Assembly: GCA_964357975.1 (NCBI GenBank)
Contig: CAYHNG010000001.1
Span: 47,007-111,006 of the forward strand
DNA: 64,000 nucleotides
Direction of reading: 5' to 3'
DNA from: an uncultured Pseudomonadales bacterium
GTDB taxonomy: Bacteria > Patescibacteriota > Microgenomatia > UBA1400 > MFAQ01
Part shown: positions 1 through 9,629 of the stretch, one piece after another
How positions within the stretch are numbered: the first letter of the stretch is position 1
Layout: the number at the start of each line of letters is the position of its first letter
Notes under the pieces: generated by a model
Databases searched by the model: none
What the model was told of the DNA's origin: nothing
The model's input: the letters and a program-made list of their open reading frames with translations, nothing else
Program-made: the position numbers and the translations under genes

Positions 1-495
1 TAGTAGCAGTAAATATTTTTTATGTTGGGTTTTGAAATAGGCGGAAGCGGCATAAAAACTGAGGAAAACCGCAAAGGAAACCAGAGAAGTATTTAATAAG
101 TTGGTGCTGTTTACAATCTCAGCAAAGGAGAACGCGGTGACTAGTGAAAGCACCACACCAAAAGTTTTGCCTCTGGCATTAAGGCCGGTGAGATAAGCCA
201 GAAAGACGGAAAGCACCGACAGCAAAGTAAAGCCAATCCATGGAGCCAAGATGCCGGGAATAAAAGCCGTAAAGAAGATGATGAAGTAATAGTAAAGAGG
301 TCCAAAATTGAAACCCCAGCTAGATGAGGGCGGTCCTAATAGAGGGGCACGGAGGAGGTGAATGGACTCCAGACCAATGAGGGCGTCTCGGCCCTGATCG
401 ACACTGACGTTGAGACGGCTGGTATAACCGCCAAACCTCAGGATAACTGCCAGAAGTAGGATAAGAAGCGGCCATGATTGCTTTTTAATAGACAC
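1..495 (-). CDS. GT-C fold membrane glycosyltransferase (ArnT/PMT-like), runs off the window edge
   Basis: Manual translation from GTG at 495 gives MSIKKQSWPLLILLLAVILRFGG..DQGRDAL..PLLGPPSS..FGPLYYY. The DQGRD/LLGP/GPxxYY motifs match 59954..61588 and 53327..54877. Not in the ORF track. Confidence 0.85.
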   Translation of the reverse strand, partial: MSIKKQSWPLLILLLAVILRFGGYTSRLNVSVDQGRDALIGLESIHLLRAPLLGPPSSSWGFNFGPLYYYFIIFFTAFIPGILAPWIGFTLLSVLSVFLAYLTGLNARGKTFGVVLSLVTAFSFAEIVNSTNLLNTSLVSFAVFLSFYAASAYFKTQHKKYLLLL

Positions 496-501
496 AAGGT
501 T

Positions 502-1437
502 TTATAAATCTTCGAAATCGTATTTATTCCCGATAGATTCAATTTCTTTGAGGTGTTTGTGTCTATAAGTAAAGCGAAAGTATTTGGCATTGATGAGGAA
601 GTAGTAAAAACCATAGATAACTGAAGCAATGAAGCCATGTAAACCCTCTTTGTATAACTGCCAAATAAAATATTTATAAAGGGATTCTTTCAAGGGAGAT
701 AGGATCATCCTCAGAAAGAAATACCAATCAGACTTGTTCTTATCCCTTTCAAAAAGCAACAAAGCCTCCCTGGTCGAGTAATGATCTATTTTTCGGATGA
801 AGTCCACAATGGTAGGGTGTGAAAGATGCACCAGGTGTCCCCGCAGAGTAACAACACCTTTTATTTTGTTGACATACCAAGTCCTAATTAGAGGAATCTT
901 TAAAAGATATTTACCGTACCACCGGCCGGAAGATAAACTGGCGGTTTGAATACCAAACCCCTCTGCCGTCGAGTCTGTTTGATATTCAAAGATACCCTTT
1001 CGGAATAAACGGATAAAGGGTTTTTTCTTTTGGTCACTCTTATCAAAAAGCTTCCCAAACTCGTAATTGATAAAGCTGGTCTGGTAGAGATCAGCTTTTG
1101 GTTGATATTTTCCCAGTACCACCGAGCGAACCTCTCTCTGCAAAATGTAGTCCATGCGTTCGTCCACATCGAGTATCAACACCCAATCGTTTTTGGCTTT
1201 TTTGGCACCCCAGTTCTTATTTTTAAAAACAATGCCCCCAGAACGACCGGTATCCAGTAACACCCGGCAACCGAACTTTTTGGCTATTGTGGCACTTTTG
1301 TCTTCTGTCCGATAATCGACAACGACAATAATCTCCTCCGCAAAGTCACGAACGTGCCCCAGAAAGGCCGGCAGCAGTTTTTCTTCATTCATCACGGCAG
1401 TTACTATGGTAAGAGGAAGTTTGGATGTGTTGGACAT
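502..1437 (-). CDS. GT2 glycosyltransferase (WaaE/KdtX-like)
   Basis: NEE motif, WVLILDVDE (DxD), C-terminal YSTREA and GLHGF. ATG at 1437 preferred over the TTG at 1452. Confidence 0.85.
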   Translation of the reverse strand: MSNTSKLPLTIVTAVMNEEKLLPAFLGHVRDFAEEIIVVVDYRTEDKSATIAKKFGCRVLLDTGRSGGIVFKNKNWGAKKAKNDWVLILDVDERMDYILQREVRSVVLGKYQPKADLYQTSFINYEFGKLFDKSDQKKKPFIRLFRKGIFEYQTDSTAEGFGIQTASLSSGRWYGKYLLKIPLIRTWYVNKIKGVVTLRGHLVHLSHPTIVDFIRKIDHYSTREALLLFERDKNKSDWYFFLRMILSPLKESLYKYFIWQLYKEGLHGFIASVIYGFYYFLINAKYFRFTYRHKHLKEIESIGNKYDFEDL

Positions 1438-1441
1438 GTGT

Positions 1442-3184
1442 CTATTGTCCAAATAAATATTTAAATAAAACAGTGTTCGATGGTCCCCTGTCTAAGGGTG
1501 CCACTTTAACCTGGCCGGAACGTGTAAGATCGGGGCTGGTTCTGAAAACTATTTTTTCGTCGGACCAGTAAATCATATATTCACCCTGCTCAATGTCCCC
1601 AATATATAGTTTACCTACAAAAGGGATGTTCCGGAAATTTTTTCCATAGATCACCACATCGGTCCAGGCCTCGTTCGTCACATCGGGGGAAACGGAAAGG
1701 ATCTTGGGTCGCGTTTCGAATTCGATGGATTTAGAGACAATTTTCCCCGAGAGAAGATTAAAAGCAAGAACGGTCAACAAGAGTGCGTAAATTGTTTTCT
1801 GGGTAATCTTGTGGAACACCAGAAAAGTGAAAAGGAGGAAAACTAACTCAGGAATCAACAAGGTTAGAAAATACCTCTGTGAGTAAGTATCCGGATAGAA
1901 GGCCACGAATTTGGGAATTACTCGGTAGATGGCCAGAGCCGGTGACAGTACAAAGAGATAGAAGACTAGGGTGGAGAAGAATATTACCAATAATGAGACA
2001 ATACAAAACAATAGTATTTTGGTGGCCAAGCGAGGAGTGGTTCTTAGCCAAAAAATAAGACCTTTTTCTTGGCTGGGATGACTGCGAATAATGGAGTCTA
2101 AAGAAAGTTGGTCTATGGTAGTGAGGTAAAAATCACGAAGATTTTGTGCATATATAGGAAGATCTCTGACCCAGTAATCCTGTGAAACTTTGAACCGATG
2201 GAAGTTGTGGAAAAAGGACTTCAGGCTGAAGGTGGCAGACGGCTTGTATTTAGTCTCATAAACCTGCTGAGCTACGGTAATGCAGAGAAACAGATAAGCC
2301 CAGACAGCCGTTTTTTCGGCATAGGCTTGGTAGCCAAAAACGAGCATCACTGGGGTTAGAACAAGGAATCCAAGTGCAAAAACGGCGGCAACTCTAGATT
2401 CAAAACGGAATCGGTGAACAATTAAACCCCAGAAGAAAAGGAGCGCAATAAAGAGGAAGTCGTAGCTTCTGGTCAGCCAAAACAAATCATAAAAAGAAAA
2501 GAACAGGGCAAATAGAGTCAGATATTGGTAGCTTAGTCCTTCCGTAAGCAGGTAGACAAGGTAAAGAATAAGAGGGAGGAAAAAGAAGAATGTGTTTAGT
2601 CGTATCTCCGGGTCACCAAAAATGTTGGAAAGCTTATTAATGAAAAAGTATGTGAACAATCTTCGATCTGAGAGTAGTTCAGCTTTGGGATACGAAGATT
2701 TGGCGGTAAAAACCGGTGTCTGGTAATCTATCAAGATGCCACTACCGGTAGCGCCTCTGAGCGACTCCAATTGAAATTCGTAGTTCTTGCCATCGGAGTT
2801 GCTAATAACGGGGAAGCCGAAGGGGAAGTGTTTACTAGGGAGAAACTGATCGGTCTCGTACTTGGCTTCGTAGTACCACCGATCTTGACCTTGTTCTTTA
2901 AGGCGGAATACCAAGGTGTCCTTGCTATCGCGATTCTGATTGTGGAAGCGAAGAGAGATAATTCCCAGATTGGTATATTTTGAACGGAAAGTACCCCAGA
3001 CCTTATCCCCTTTCAAGAGTTCTCCGGACCGGCTGGCGACCATTTGGTCCAATGTACGGACATCCAGATTGGTGGCACCGAACTCTCCGGCTTTGAGATA
3101 GTTTAGTAAGCTATATGCGCCAATTACAAAAAGAATTAAGGGGAAGACATACCTAAAGAAGAATTGACTAATCTTTTGTTTCAC
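1442..3184 (-). CDS. Multi-TM membrane protein with extracellular beta domain and C-terminal IPT/TIG-like domain
   Basis: Several TM stretches and a C-terminal PKILSVSP..VVIYGKNF..WSDEKI (IPT/TIG-like). GTG at 3184 avoids overlap with the nuclease gene and lies 7 nt after a TATAAT. Confidence 0.7.
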   Translation of the reverse strand: MKQKISQFFFRYVFPLILFVIGAYSLLNYLKAGEFGATNLDVRTLDQMVASRSGELLKGDKVWGTFRSKYTNLGIISLRFHNQNRDSKDTLVFRLKEQGQDRWYYEAKYETDQFLPSKHFPFGFPVISNSDGKNYEFQLESLRGATGSGILIDYQTPVFTAKSSYPKAELLSDRRLFTYFFINKLSNIFGDPEIRLNTFFFFLPLILYLVYLLTEGLSYQYLTLFALFFSFYDLFWLTRSYDFLFIALLFFWGLIVHRFRFESRVAAVFALGFLVLTPVMLVFGYQAYAEKTAVWAYLFLCITVAQQVYETKYKPSATFSLKSFFHNFHRFKVSQDYWVRDLPIYAQNLRDFYLTTIDQLSLDSIIRSHPSQEKGLIFWLRTTPRLATKILLFCIVSLLVIFFSTLVFYLFVLSPALAIYRVIPKFVAFYPDTYSQRYFLTLLIPELVFLLFTFLVFHKITQKTIYALLLTVLAFNLLSGKIVSKSIEFETRPKILSVSPDVTNEAWTDVVIYGKNFRNIPFVGKLYIGDIEQGEYMIYWSDEKIVFRTSPDLTRSGQVKVAPLDRGPSNTVLFKYLFGQ

Positions 3185-3203
3185 AAAGCCTATTATATAG
3201 ATT

Positions 3204-3740
3204 CTATCGGCATGCGGACCAGAGACCGAGTTTGGACTCTCTTGCGTATTTTTCACTGCTCTGAAACAGAGCAACATTTTTAACGTCCGGAGGAAAAGTG
3301 GAGATTTTGGCATATCCCTCTTTGACCAATCGGTCGTTGATCATTTGTTCTCCAATATACACATAACGAAGGAGCCGGCCATAGCGGTCCGTTTCAGAGA
3401 TGTCTTTGACCAATACCACTTCCTGGCCTGTCAGCAGTTCTTCTGCTTTCTTTTTGGCCTCAGTGGCAAAACAATCGATAGTTTTGTTTTTGTTCTTCAT
3501 CTCCGGAGTGTCGACACCAATGAGACGAACTTTGATACCGCCGTTAATCTCGAAAGTATCGCCATCAATCACGCGGGTCACTTTTTCGGTAGATTTGGTT
3601 GGAGTTACTTCTTGACCGGATGGGACTAAGGTAGACCTAACTGGCTGATGTAGAAGATAGAAAGATAATAAGAAAAGATACGTACCAACCAAAAAGAATT
3701 GGAGAAAAACTTTGGAAAACTTGAAAGTCTTTATTTTCAT
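3204..3740 (-). CDS. Thermonuclease (SNase family) with N-terminal membrane anchor
   Basis: VIDGDT, VRLIGVDTPE, DRYGRLLRYV and GLW motifs. Confidence 0.93.
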   Translation of the reverse strand: MKIKTFKFSKVFLQFFLVGTYLFLLSFYLLHQPVRSTLVPSGQEVTPTKSTEKVTRVIDGDTFEINGGIKVRLIGVDTPEMKNKNKTIDCFATEAKKKAEELLTGQEVVLVKDISETDRYGRLLRYVYIGEQMINDRLVKEGYAKISTFPPDVKNVALFQSSEKYARESKLGLWSACR

Positions 3741-4498
3741 CCGATGATTAAACCAACAAAGAAGGAAAGGATCGACGACGGCGATTCTTTGATAATTCTG
3801 GCGACGATCACAGTCACAGAGACCAAACTAAAAGGAAAAGCCACATGTTTGGAGATCAGCCTACCATAAGACCGGTAATACTGAGTATCTCTGCCTTTCC
3901 TATCTAACCTGGTGCCCCCGGATATGGCACGGTGATGATAAACCAAAGCGTAAGGAGAGAAGGAGATGAGACCAAACTTCCCCGCCCGAAAACTGAGGTC
4001 AATTTCCTCAAAAGCAGATAGAGGAGTTGGCCACTTTTCATCGAAGCCCGTGACCGCTAATAAGACTTTTTTTCTAAAAGACATGTTGCAGCCATAGACG
4101 AACTCCACTGTCTGCTTCTTAGTACTCCAAAAACTCTTATTGAATTTGGTTAAATAATTATTGGTTTCTCCGGTCACAACATCGTTCGACGAGGGAACTG
4201 ATTCACCATCGTTGATCACTCTTCCGGAAACGCCAATGACATTAGGATCTTCATATTCTTTGATATGGGCAGGAATAGTATCTTTGGTAATTTCGACATC
4301 ATCGTCGAAAAAGATAATAATCTCCCCTGTAGATTTTCTTAACCCTTCATTTTTGGCTCGTGAAGTATTTGGCTCGCCAGAGCCGCTTTGATCGATAATG
4401 AACACTTCACAATTTGGGGAGTATTGCAAAATTTGTCGCTTAAGATTCTCTGCGAGGCCGGGACGGTTGTAGGTAGGTATGACGACAGTAACTTTCAT
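3737..4498 (-). CDS. GT2 glycosyltransferase
   Basis: VVIPTYNR, FFDDD, GCNMSFR, GFDE and EEIDL motifs. Confidence 0.9.
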   Translation of the reverse strand: MKVTVVIPTYNRPGLAENLKRQILQYSPNCEVFIIDQSGSGEPNTSRAKNEGLRKSTGEIIIFFDDDVEITKDTIPAHIKEYEDPNVIGVSGRVINDGESVPSSNDVVTGETNNYLTKFNKSFWSTKKQTVEFVYGCNMSFRKKVLLAVTGFDEKWPTPLSAFEEIDLSFRAGKFGLISFSPYALVYHHRAISGGTRLDRKGRDTQYYRSYGRLISKHVAFPFSLVSVTVIVARIIKESPSSILSFFVGLIIG

Positions 4499-4549
4499 CG
4501 ATTCCTAATTATCCCACAAGCGCCATTGATTTGGATTCAAAAATTCAAA

Positions 4550-5632
4550 CTATGCTCCCTTGACACCTGAAAATATTCCTCCGTAACGCAACACATATTT
4601 GAAGCCCACTAAAGGCTTTAACATCTGATTGATTTCCTTGTCAGAATAGAAGCCAATGATTGGTGGGGTTAGGTGATCGAACCAATTGTGGGTGAGTAGC
4701 ATAAAGTCTGGCTCTCTCTTTTGTGTCCTGTGGGTTGGATAACATTCCTCCATGTCTCGAATGTAACTTGAGTTTTTTAAAATACTATTTGGAATTTTGA
4801 AAAACAGATACGAGGGAAGAGCCAAGAGCTTGCTAATAAGCAGTACTACCGGTAAGGGGAGGCGTAGAGTAAAAAATCTCAGAAACAAGATAAAATTTAC
4901 CAATATTGACATTAATGGCGAGTTTGGCTTAGTGTAGACCGTGCCCGTATAAAACCCTCCTATTTTTATTTTTCTGTAGACGAGTTCAATCGCCTTTTTG
5001 GGATATGGCAAATGCTGAATTACACCAATTAAATAGGCAAAATCCAGCGATCGTTCTTTAAGAAATTCGGTATAGAGATCGGCCTGGATAATGATTACAT
5101 TCTTTTGTTTTTTGCACCTTTTGGCGGCTATATCAACAGCATTGGAAAGATCGCTGCCAATCATTAGTCCTTCTTTGCCGACTGACTTGGCGGCATTTAA
5201 CAGATCCCTTCCGTTTCCGACAGCGGGGTCCCAACCCTTTTTCCCGGAAAAAAATTCAGCCCTTTTATCAACAATTTCTAAAAAATGGTTCTCGGCAAAA
5301 TCAGGAAGTTTCTTCCAGATATGCCATTCGTAGCCAAACTGTTGCTGAGTTTTTGATTTTTGTCTCTCTATCTTGTTCTTTTCCTTTATGTCGGTGATGT
5401 TTAGAAAATACTTATTTAAAATGTCGATGCGTGAAATATAGTTATAATAATAGGAATAACAGTTTTTCAGTAAATCTCCCCTTAGTAGCCTAGGAATATC
5501 TTTGATAATCGGAAAAGTGGTTTTACACCCAACACACTCTATTAATCCGTAGTCGTCCTTGTAGTCATTAACTTTTAGGCTTCCACCGCAATTAATACAA
5601 AAAATATATTTTTCGACAGCCTTGACGTTCAT
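4550..5632 (-). CDS. Trm112-like Zn-ribbon plus class I SAM methyltransferase
   Basis: CINC..CVGC..FPIIKDIPRLL N-terminus, FGYEW, degenerate motif I (WDPAVGNGR), DLS, GVIQHL. Confidence 0.75.
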   Translation of the reverse strand: MNVKAVEKYIFCINCGGSLKVNDYKDDYGLIECVGCKTTFPIIKDIPRLLRGDLLKNCYSYYYNYISRIDILNKYFLNITDIKEKNKIERQKSKTQQQFGYEWHIWKKLPDFAENHFLEIVDKRAEFFSGKKGWDPAVGNGRDLLNAAKSVGKEGLMIGSDLSNAVDIAAKRCKKQKNVIIIQADLYTEFLKERSLDFAYLIGVIQHLPYPKKAIELVYRKIKIGGFYTGTVYTKPNSPLMSILVNFILFLRFFTLRLPLPVVLLISKLLALPSYLFFKIPNSILKNSSYIRDMEECYPTHRTQKREPDFMLLTHNWFDHLTPPIIGFYSDKEINQMLKPLVGFKYVLRYGGIFSGVKGA

Positions 5633-5673
5633 TGATTATAATAATATATCACTGAACTTGTTTGTTTTACTGT

Positions 5674-7140
5674 TTACTTGATATCGAAACCCCACGAGTA
5701 AAGCTCCAATGGCCACTTGTCATTTGTGGATATTTCCATAGCTTCCACCCTCAGCTCAAGCTTCATGTTCTTTTTGACAAACTCTTTAATGTCTTCCGGC
5801 ATAAGTGACTGCCAATCGTTAACAATTACCAATCCTTTATGGTATTTTGCCTTTTCTATCTTAAAATCTTTGAGTGTTCTGTATTGCCACGATTTGACAA
5901 AATCTAAAAACCGCGGTTCCTTTGCGTCGATGGTAAAAATGGCCGCCGGGTTTTTGTCGGTATACCAGCTAAGTGTATCGAACGGACCGACAAAAACAGG
6001 CAATTTATCAAAATTGGGAAAGAGTTGGTATGTTTTCTGGAAAAAGGTTTTGTAATCTGCGTTTTGGACATCAGAGCTAAAGTCGGCATTTGGCGTGTAA
6101 TATGCCGCAGGCTTCCGGACGACCTTATATCCCCCTGCGTAAACCAACATGAAAACAGCCATACAAACAAAAAGTGAATTCTTGAAAAGAGACTCCCCGA
6201 CTTTTGCCCAGAAGACACCAAAAAACACAATAATCAATCCAAACAAGGGCATTAGATATCTAATATTGTGGCTATATTGAATGAAATTCCAGCTATATAG
6301 TAGTGCCAGTAACGTAGCTCCCACACCCAACTTTAGCCTTCTATCTTCGATGGTAAAAAACCCGACAAAGGCCGGCAAAGTGAATAAACCGTACTGTCTC
6401 CAAAAAAGATCTCGAAGAAAAGTTGTCCAATTGTGGTTAGGGTTAATAATAATTGGTAAAAATAGGTAAATTCTCTGCCACCAAAATAATACAAGAAAGA
6501 TGGGGACCAAAGCTATCAGGTATTTCCCAAGCTGTTTTGGATTCTTGAAAAGCAAAGGAATTGTGATACACAAATAAGGTATAAAACAGATAGATCCTAT
6601 CAGGTTATAAAGAGCGGCGATACAACTCAGTAGAATTATGCCTATGTGGAGCGAGATTTTTCTAATATCATTCTGCAAAAATGTTGAGAGATATAAGGTT
6701 ATTAAGAAAATGGTCTCAATTGCGGCATAGGGCTTGGCTTGGGTTGAATAGGCTAGATTAAGCTGAAAAAGTGTGAAGATTGTAGCGGAGAGAACACCTC
6801 CCCATTTATTGGAAAGTTTCCGGGTTAGTAAATAGACAAAAATTATCCCAAAAGTGCCCCACAAAACGCTAGGAAGACGAGCAGACCACTCTGAGAAACC
6901 AAGTATACGAAAGGCAATCGCTGTAGTGACGACCTGCAACCTTTGGTAACCGACGATCTCAATTTTAGACAGAAATGGAGTTTTCCCCAAGACCACGTCT
7001 CTTGAAAAGGAGCTAACGGCTGACTCGTCTGCCCAAAACGAGTGGTTGGTGCTTATGCCTTGGAGCCTAATACACAATCCAACGATAAATAACCCCGTAA
7101 CAAATACAATTTCCCAGATATTTCTTTTGAACCAGGTCAC
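5674..7140 (-). CDS. GT-C membrane glycosyltransferase (GT39/GT83-like)
   Basis: TM1 followed by SFWADE, then SEWSARLPSV. Many TM helices. Confidence 0.85.
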   Translation of the reverse strand: MTWFKRNIWEIVFVTGLFIVGLCIRLQGISTNHSFWADESAVSSFSRDVVLGKTPFLSKIEIVGYQRLQVVTTAIAFRILGFSEWSARLPSVLWGTFGIIFVYLLTRKLSNKWGGVLSATIFTLFQLNLAYSTQAKPYAAIETIFLITLYLSTFLQNDIRKISLHIGIILLSCIAALYNLIGSICFIPYLCITIPLLFKNPKQLGKYLIALVPIFLVLFWWQRIYLFLPIIINPNHNWTTFLRDLFWRQYGLFTLPAFVGFFTIEDRRLKLGVGATLLALLYSWNFIQYSHNIRYLMPLFGLIIVFFGVFWAKVGESLFKNSLFVCMAVFMLVYAGGYKVVRKPAAYYTPNADFSSDVQNADYKTFFQKTYQLFPNFDKLPVFVGPFDTLSWYTDKNPAAIFTIDAKEPRFLDFVKSWQYRTLKDFKIEKAKYHKGLVIVNDWQSLMPEDIKEFVKKNMKLELRVEAMEISTNDKWPLELYSWGFDIK

Positions 7141-7148
7141 AACATATT

Positions 7149-9590
7149 CTAACTCACTCGACGGGAATGTATATCCTCTATGAAGAACAAGGTTACCAAA
7201 CTAACCACTGCCAATCCCGATATTGCTAATCCAAAATAAAACAACCGTTGAGGCCAAAATTCCACAATCAGATAGATATCAAATGAACCGTCCGGGTTTT
7301 TGTAACAAGAACTTGTTTCTTTGACACACACGCTGTAGGGATCCAGATTCCATCCGTTGGCATAATCGTTTGCCTTGAAGTAGTTCGATTCTGTAATTAT
7401 AGGATCGGATAACCAGGTATTCCAAAAACTCACTCCAGGTAAGTTGTCATTTTGGATGGTGCCATGAATTTTTTTAGAGAAAAAGTCAACCGTGTACGGC
7501 TGACTATCAGTTACCGAGTATTGATATCCAATCCATGCACCATATTTTTTGACTTTCTTTGCACCGTCACCGAGAGTGGAAACAGCATTTTGATCAATAT
7601 ACTGGACAATTTCTTCTTTATTGGCCTGATCCGGATTGTTTCTAAAGGATGTATAAATAAAATCGGAATTTATGTTCTTTTTTTGCTCTCCTGCCGGGTA
7701 TATTTTCCACCCCACATCCATTGACTCATTGAATACGAGTTTACTGGAGTCTGAGATATTTTTGAGATTTACCCTATAGGTTACGTTAGATATTTTCTTA
7801 TACTCGACAGAGGCGGAATTACCTGCGGTGACCAACTTGGGATTCTCAAGATAAAAATGCGGCAGAAAATATCTATCCGGAACTCGAAATAAGTCGAGAA
7901 GCTTTGATTGATATGCAGGCTCCAAAATGTTCCCCAAAACGTAGTTGTTCTTCCAGTATCCACCTGGGTCATCGTAACTGAATAGGTCGTTATGCCTTAA
8001 TATATACCTACTGTTTACGGAAGCGAATTTATCAAGTTTCGATTCAATATCTGTCTGAAATAAATTAAGAATGTTACAGTTAGTAGAAAATCCGGAACAG
8101 ATAGAGATAAAACTCTTACTTGATAATAAATTTAGCAGATCAACTCCTTCATGCTTTTTGTATCCAAAATCGAAAAAGCCGAATAACGCAAAGGGGTATT
8201 CATAGATGTTAGAATCATAAAGATTTTGATTAATTATTTTTGAAACATTCAAGTAGTCTTCCGGAATATATGGCAGGTTCCTATGATCCCAAAATCCGAC
8301 TTTATCTCGATAAAATACGCCGCCAGTAACGAGAGGATAACTAATTGCCAAAATTGAAATCAGACAGATGATAAATATTGATTTGAAGATGTTCTTACGA
8401 AACACCAACTCTTGTAAACTCATGCCGGCAAGTATCCCGATAGATAAAAAGATGGGGCCACCAAATTTGGTTGGGGGTGCTCTAAAGAGGTTAAACAAAG
8501 GAATCTTTGAATAGAATAATTTCCATATTTCCCCGGTGGGTCCTTGAATTCCATTGGCCAGAAGTAGGTGTAATACCAGTAGGACTAAGGAGAATAAGTA
8601 GATATGCCTAACGGTAGAGGATTTGTGTTTAACAATCAGAGAATAAAACGCGAGTATAGGGAAAACTAACAAAGAAACTTTGAAAAACACATTTTCTCTA
8701 TACAATGAAGAAAAATAGTACCAAGAATCGCCTGCCCACCCTGTTTCCCATAACCAATGGCTCGTTCCTGATAATAACCCCAGAATACCTCCTCTTTGCC
8801 CCGCCACATCGGGCCAATTAAACCCAAACGATCCGCTTTCGCTAATTAGTGACCCAGTAAACCCTGAAAGATAAAAATATCCTGTGGGAATAATCCAATA
8901 GAGATTGGTAAGAATTGAGACTATGGTTAAGATGGTAATCTTCTTTAATGAAGTCGCTTTATTTTCTGAAAGCCAATATTTTATCAATAGAAATAAGACT
9001 GAAGGGATCAATAGAGTTCCCAATGACATAGGGATGTTGCTGAGCCCCCCCCCAAAGACTAATGAGAGGGTGGCGACACCGATTAAAGACGAATTCCAGT
9101 ATTTGTGAGAATCCCAGTATCTTGAAAGCAAATACAGACATAATGGTAATGAAAGATAGATCGAAATAAGGAAAATGTGACCGTCATAAATCCTGCAGAC
9201 TACGAAAAGATTAAATACGTAATAGGCAGAAACCAGAAGGGAAACTGCATATTTTTTGAATAAATATTGAAAAAATAGCAAAGCAGAACCCAGACCAAAA
9301 CAAAATATCAACACGTAAGTGATAATTTCACCTAGAAAAACATTATTAAAAACAAATGATGCCTTTAATAAAAGTGCCATCGGTATGGCAGAGACAATCA
9401 AGGGGTTGAACTCACCAAGGTTTGAGTTTTTGGCCCATACATAAATGGTTTGATCTACACTTCCGGTCTGGAATATGGGAGCATAATCGTGGAAAATAAA
9501 GAGTCCATGTTTGAAAAAATTATAAAATATTATGCCTAACGACAAAAAAAGGGCTATTATGATAAATCTTTGAAGGGGTGTTGTTTTCAC
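7149..9590 (-). CDS. Large multi-TM protein, probable GT-C (AftD/YfhO-like)
   Basis: More than 10 TM helices, FHD after TM1, FRAPPTKF, and a C-terminal soluble domain with ANGW plus a final TM. Confidence 0.65.
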   Translation of the reverse strand: MKTTPLQRFIIIALFLSLGIIFYNFFKHGLFIFHDYAPIFQTGSVDQTIYVWAKNSNLGEFNPLIVSAIPMALLLKASFVFNNVFLGEIITYVLIFCFGLGSALLFFQYLFKKYAVSLLVSAYYVFNLFVVCRIYDGHIFLISIYLSLPLCLYLLSRYWDSHKYWNSSLIGVATLSLVFGGGLSNIPMSLGTLLIPSVLFLLIKYWLSENKATSLKKITILTIVSILTNLYWIIPTGYFYLSGFTGSLISESGSFGFNWPDVAGQRGGILGLLSGTSHWLWETGWAGDSWYYFSSLYRENVFFKVSLLVFPILAFYSLIVKHKSSTVRHIYLFSLVLLVLHLLLANGIQGPTGEIWKLFYSKIPLFNLFRAPPTKFGGPIFLSIGILAGMSLQELVFRKNIFKSIFIICLISILAISYPLVTGGVFYRDKVGFWDHRNLPYIPEDYLNVSKIINQNLYDSNIYEYPFALFGFFDFGYKKHEGVDLLNLLSSKSFISICSGFSTNCNILNLFQTDIESKLDKFASVNSRYILRHNDLFSYDDPGGYWKNNYVLGNILEPAYQSKLLDLFRVPDRYFLPHFYLENPKLVTAGNSASVEYKKISNVTYRVNLKNISDSSKLVFNESMDVGWKIYPAGEQKKNINSDFIYTSFRNNPDQANKEEIVQYIDQNAVSTLGDGAKKVKKYGAWIGYQYSVTDSQPYTVDFFSKKIHGTIQNDNLPGVSFWNTWLSDPIITESNYFKANDYANGWNLDPYSVCVKETSSCYKNPDGSFDIYLIVEFWPQRLFYFGLAISGLAVVSLVTLFFIEDIHSRRVS
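9045..9053. repeat. C9 (G9 on coding strand) homopolymer inside CDS
   Basis: Sequence tgagCCCCCCCCCaaag, encoding FGGGL in frame. Confidence 0.9.
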
Positions 9591-9629
9591 TTGTATTCTG
9601 GAATAATGGGTTCGCGGTGGATTCTATAT

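Noticed and set aside
3204-3740. Thermonuclease considered as a defence or mobile-element gene
   Set aside because: It is an ordinary membrane-anchored SNase with no associated array, RNA or partner gene.
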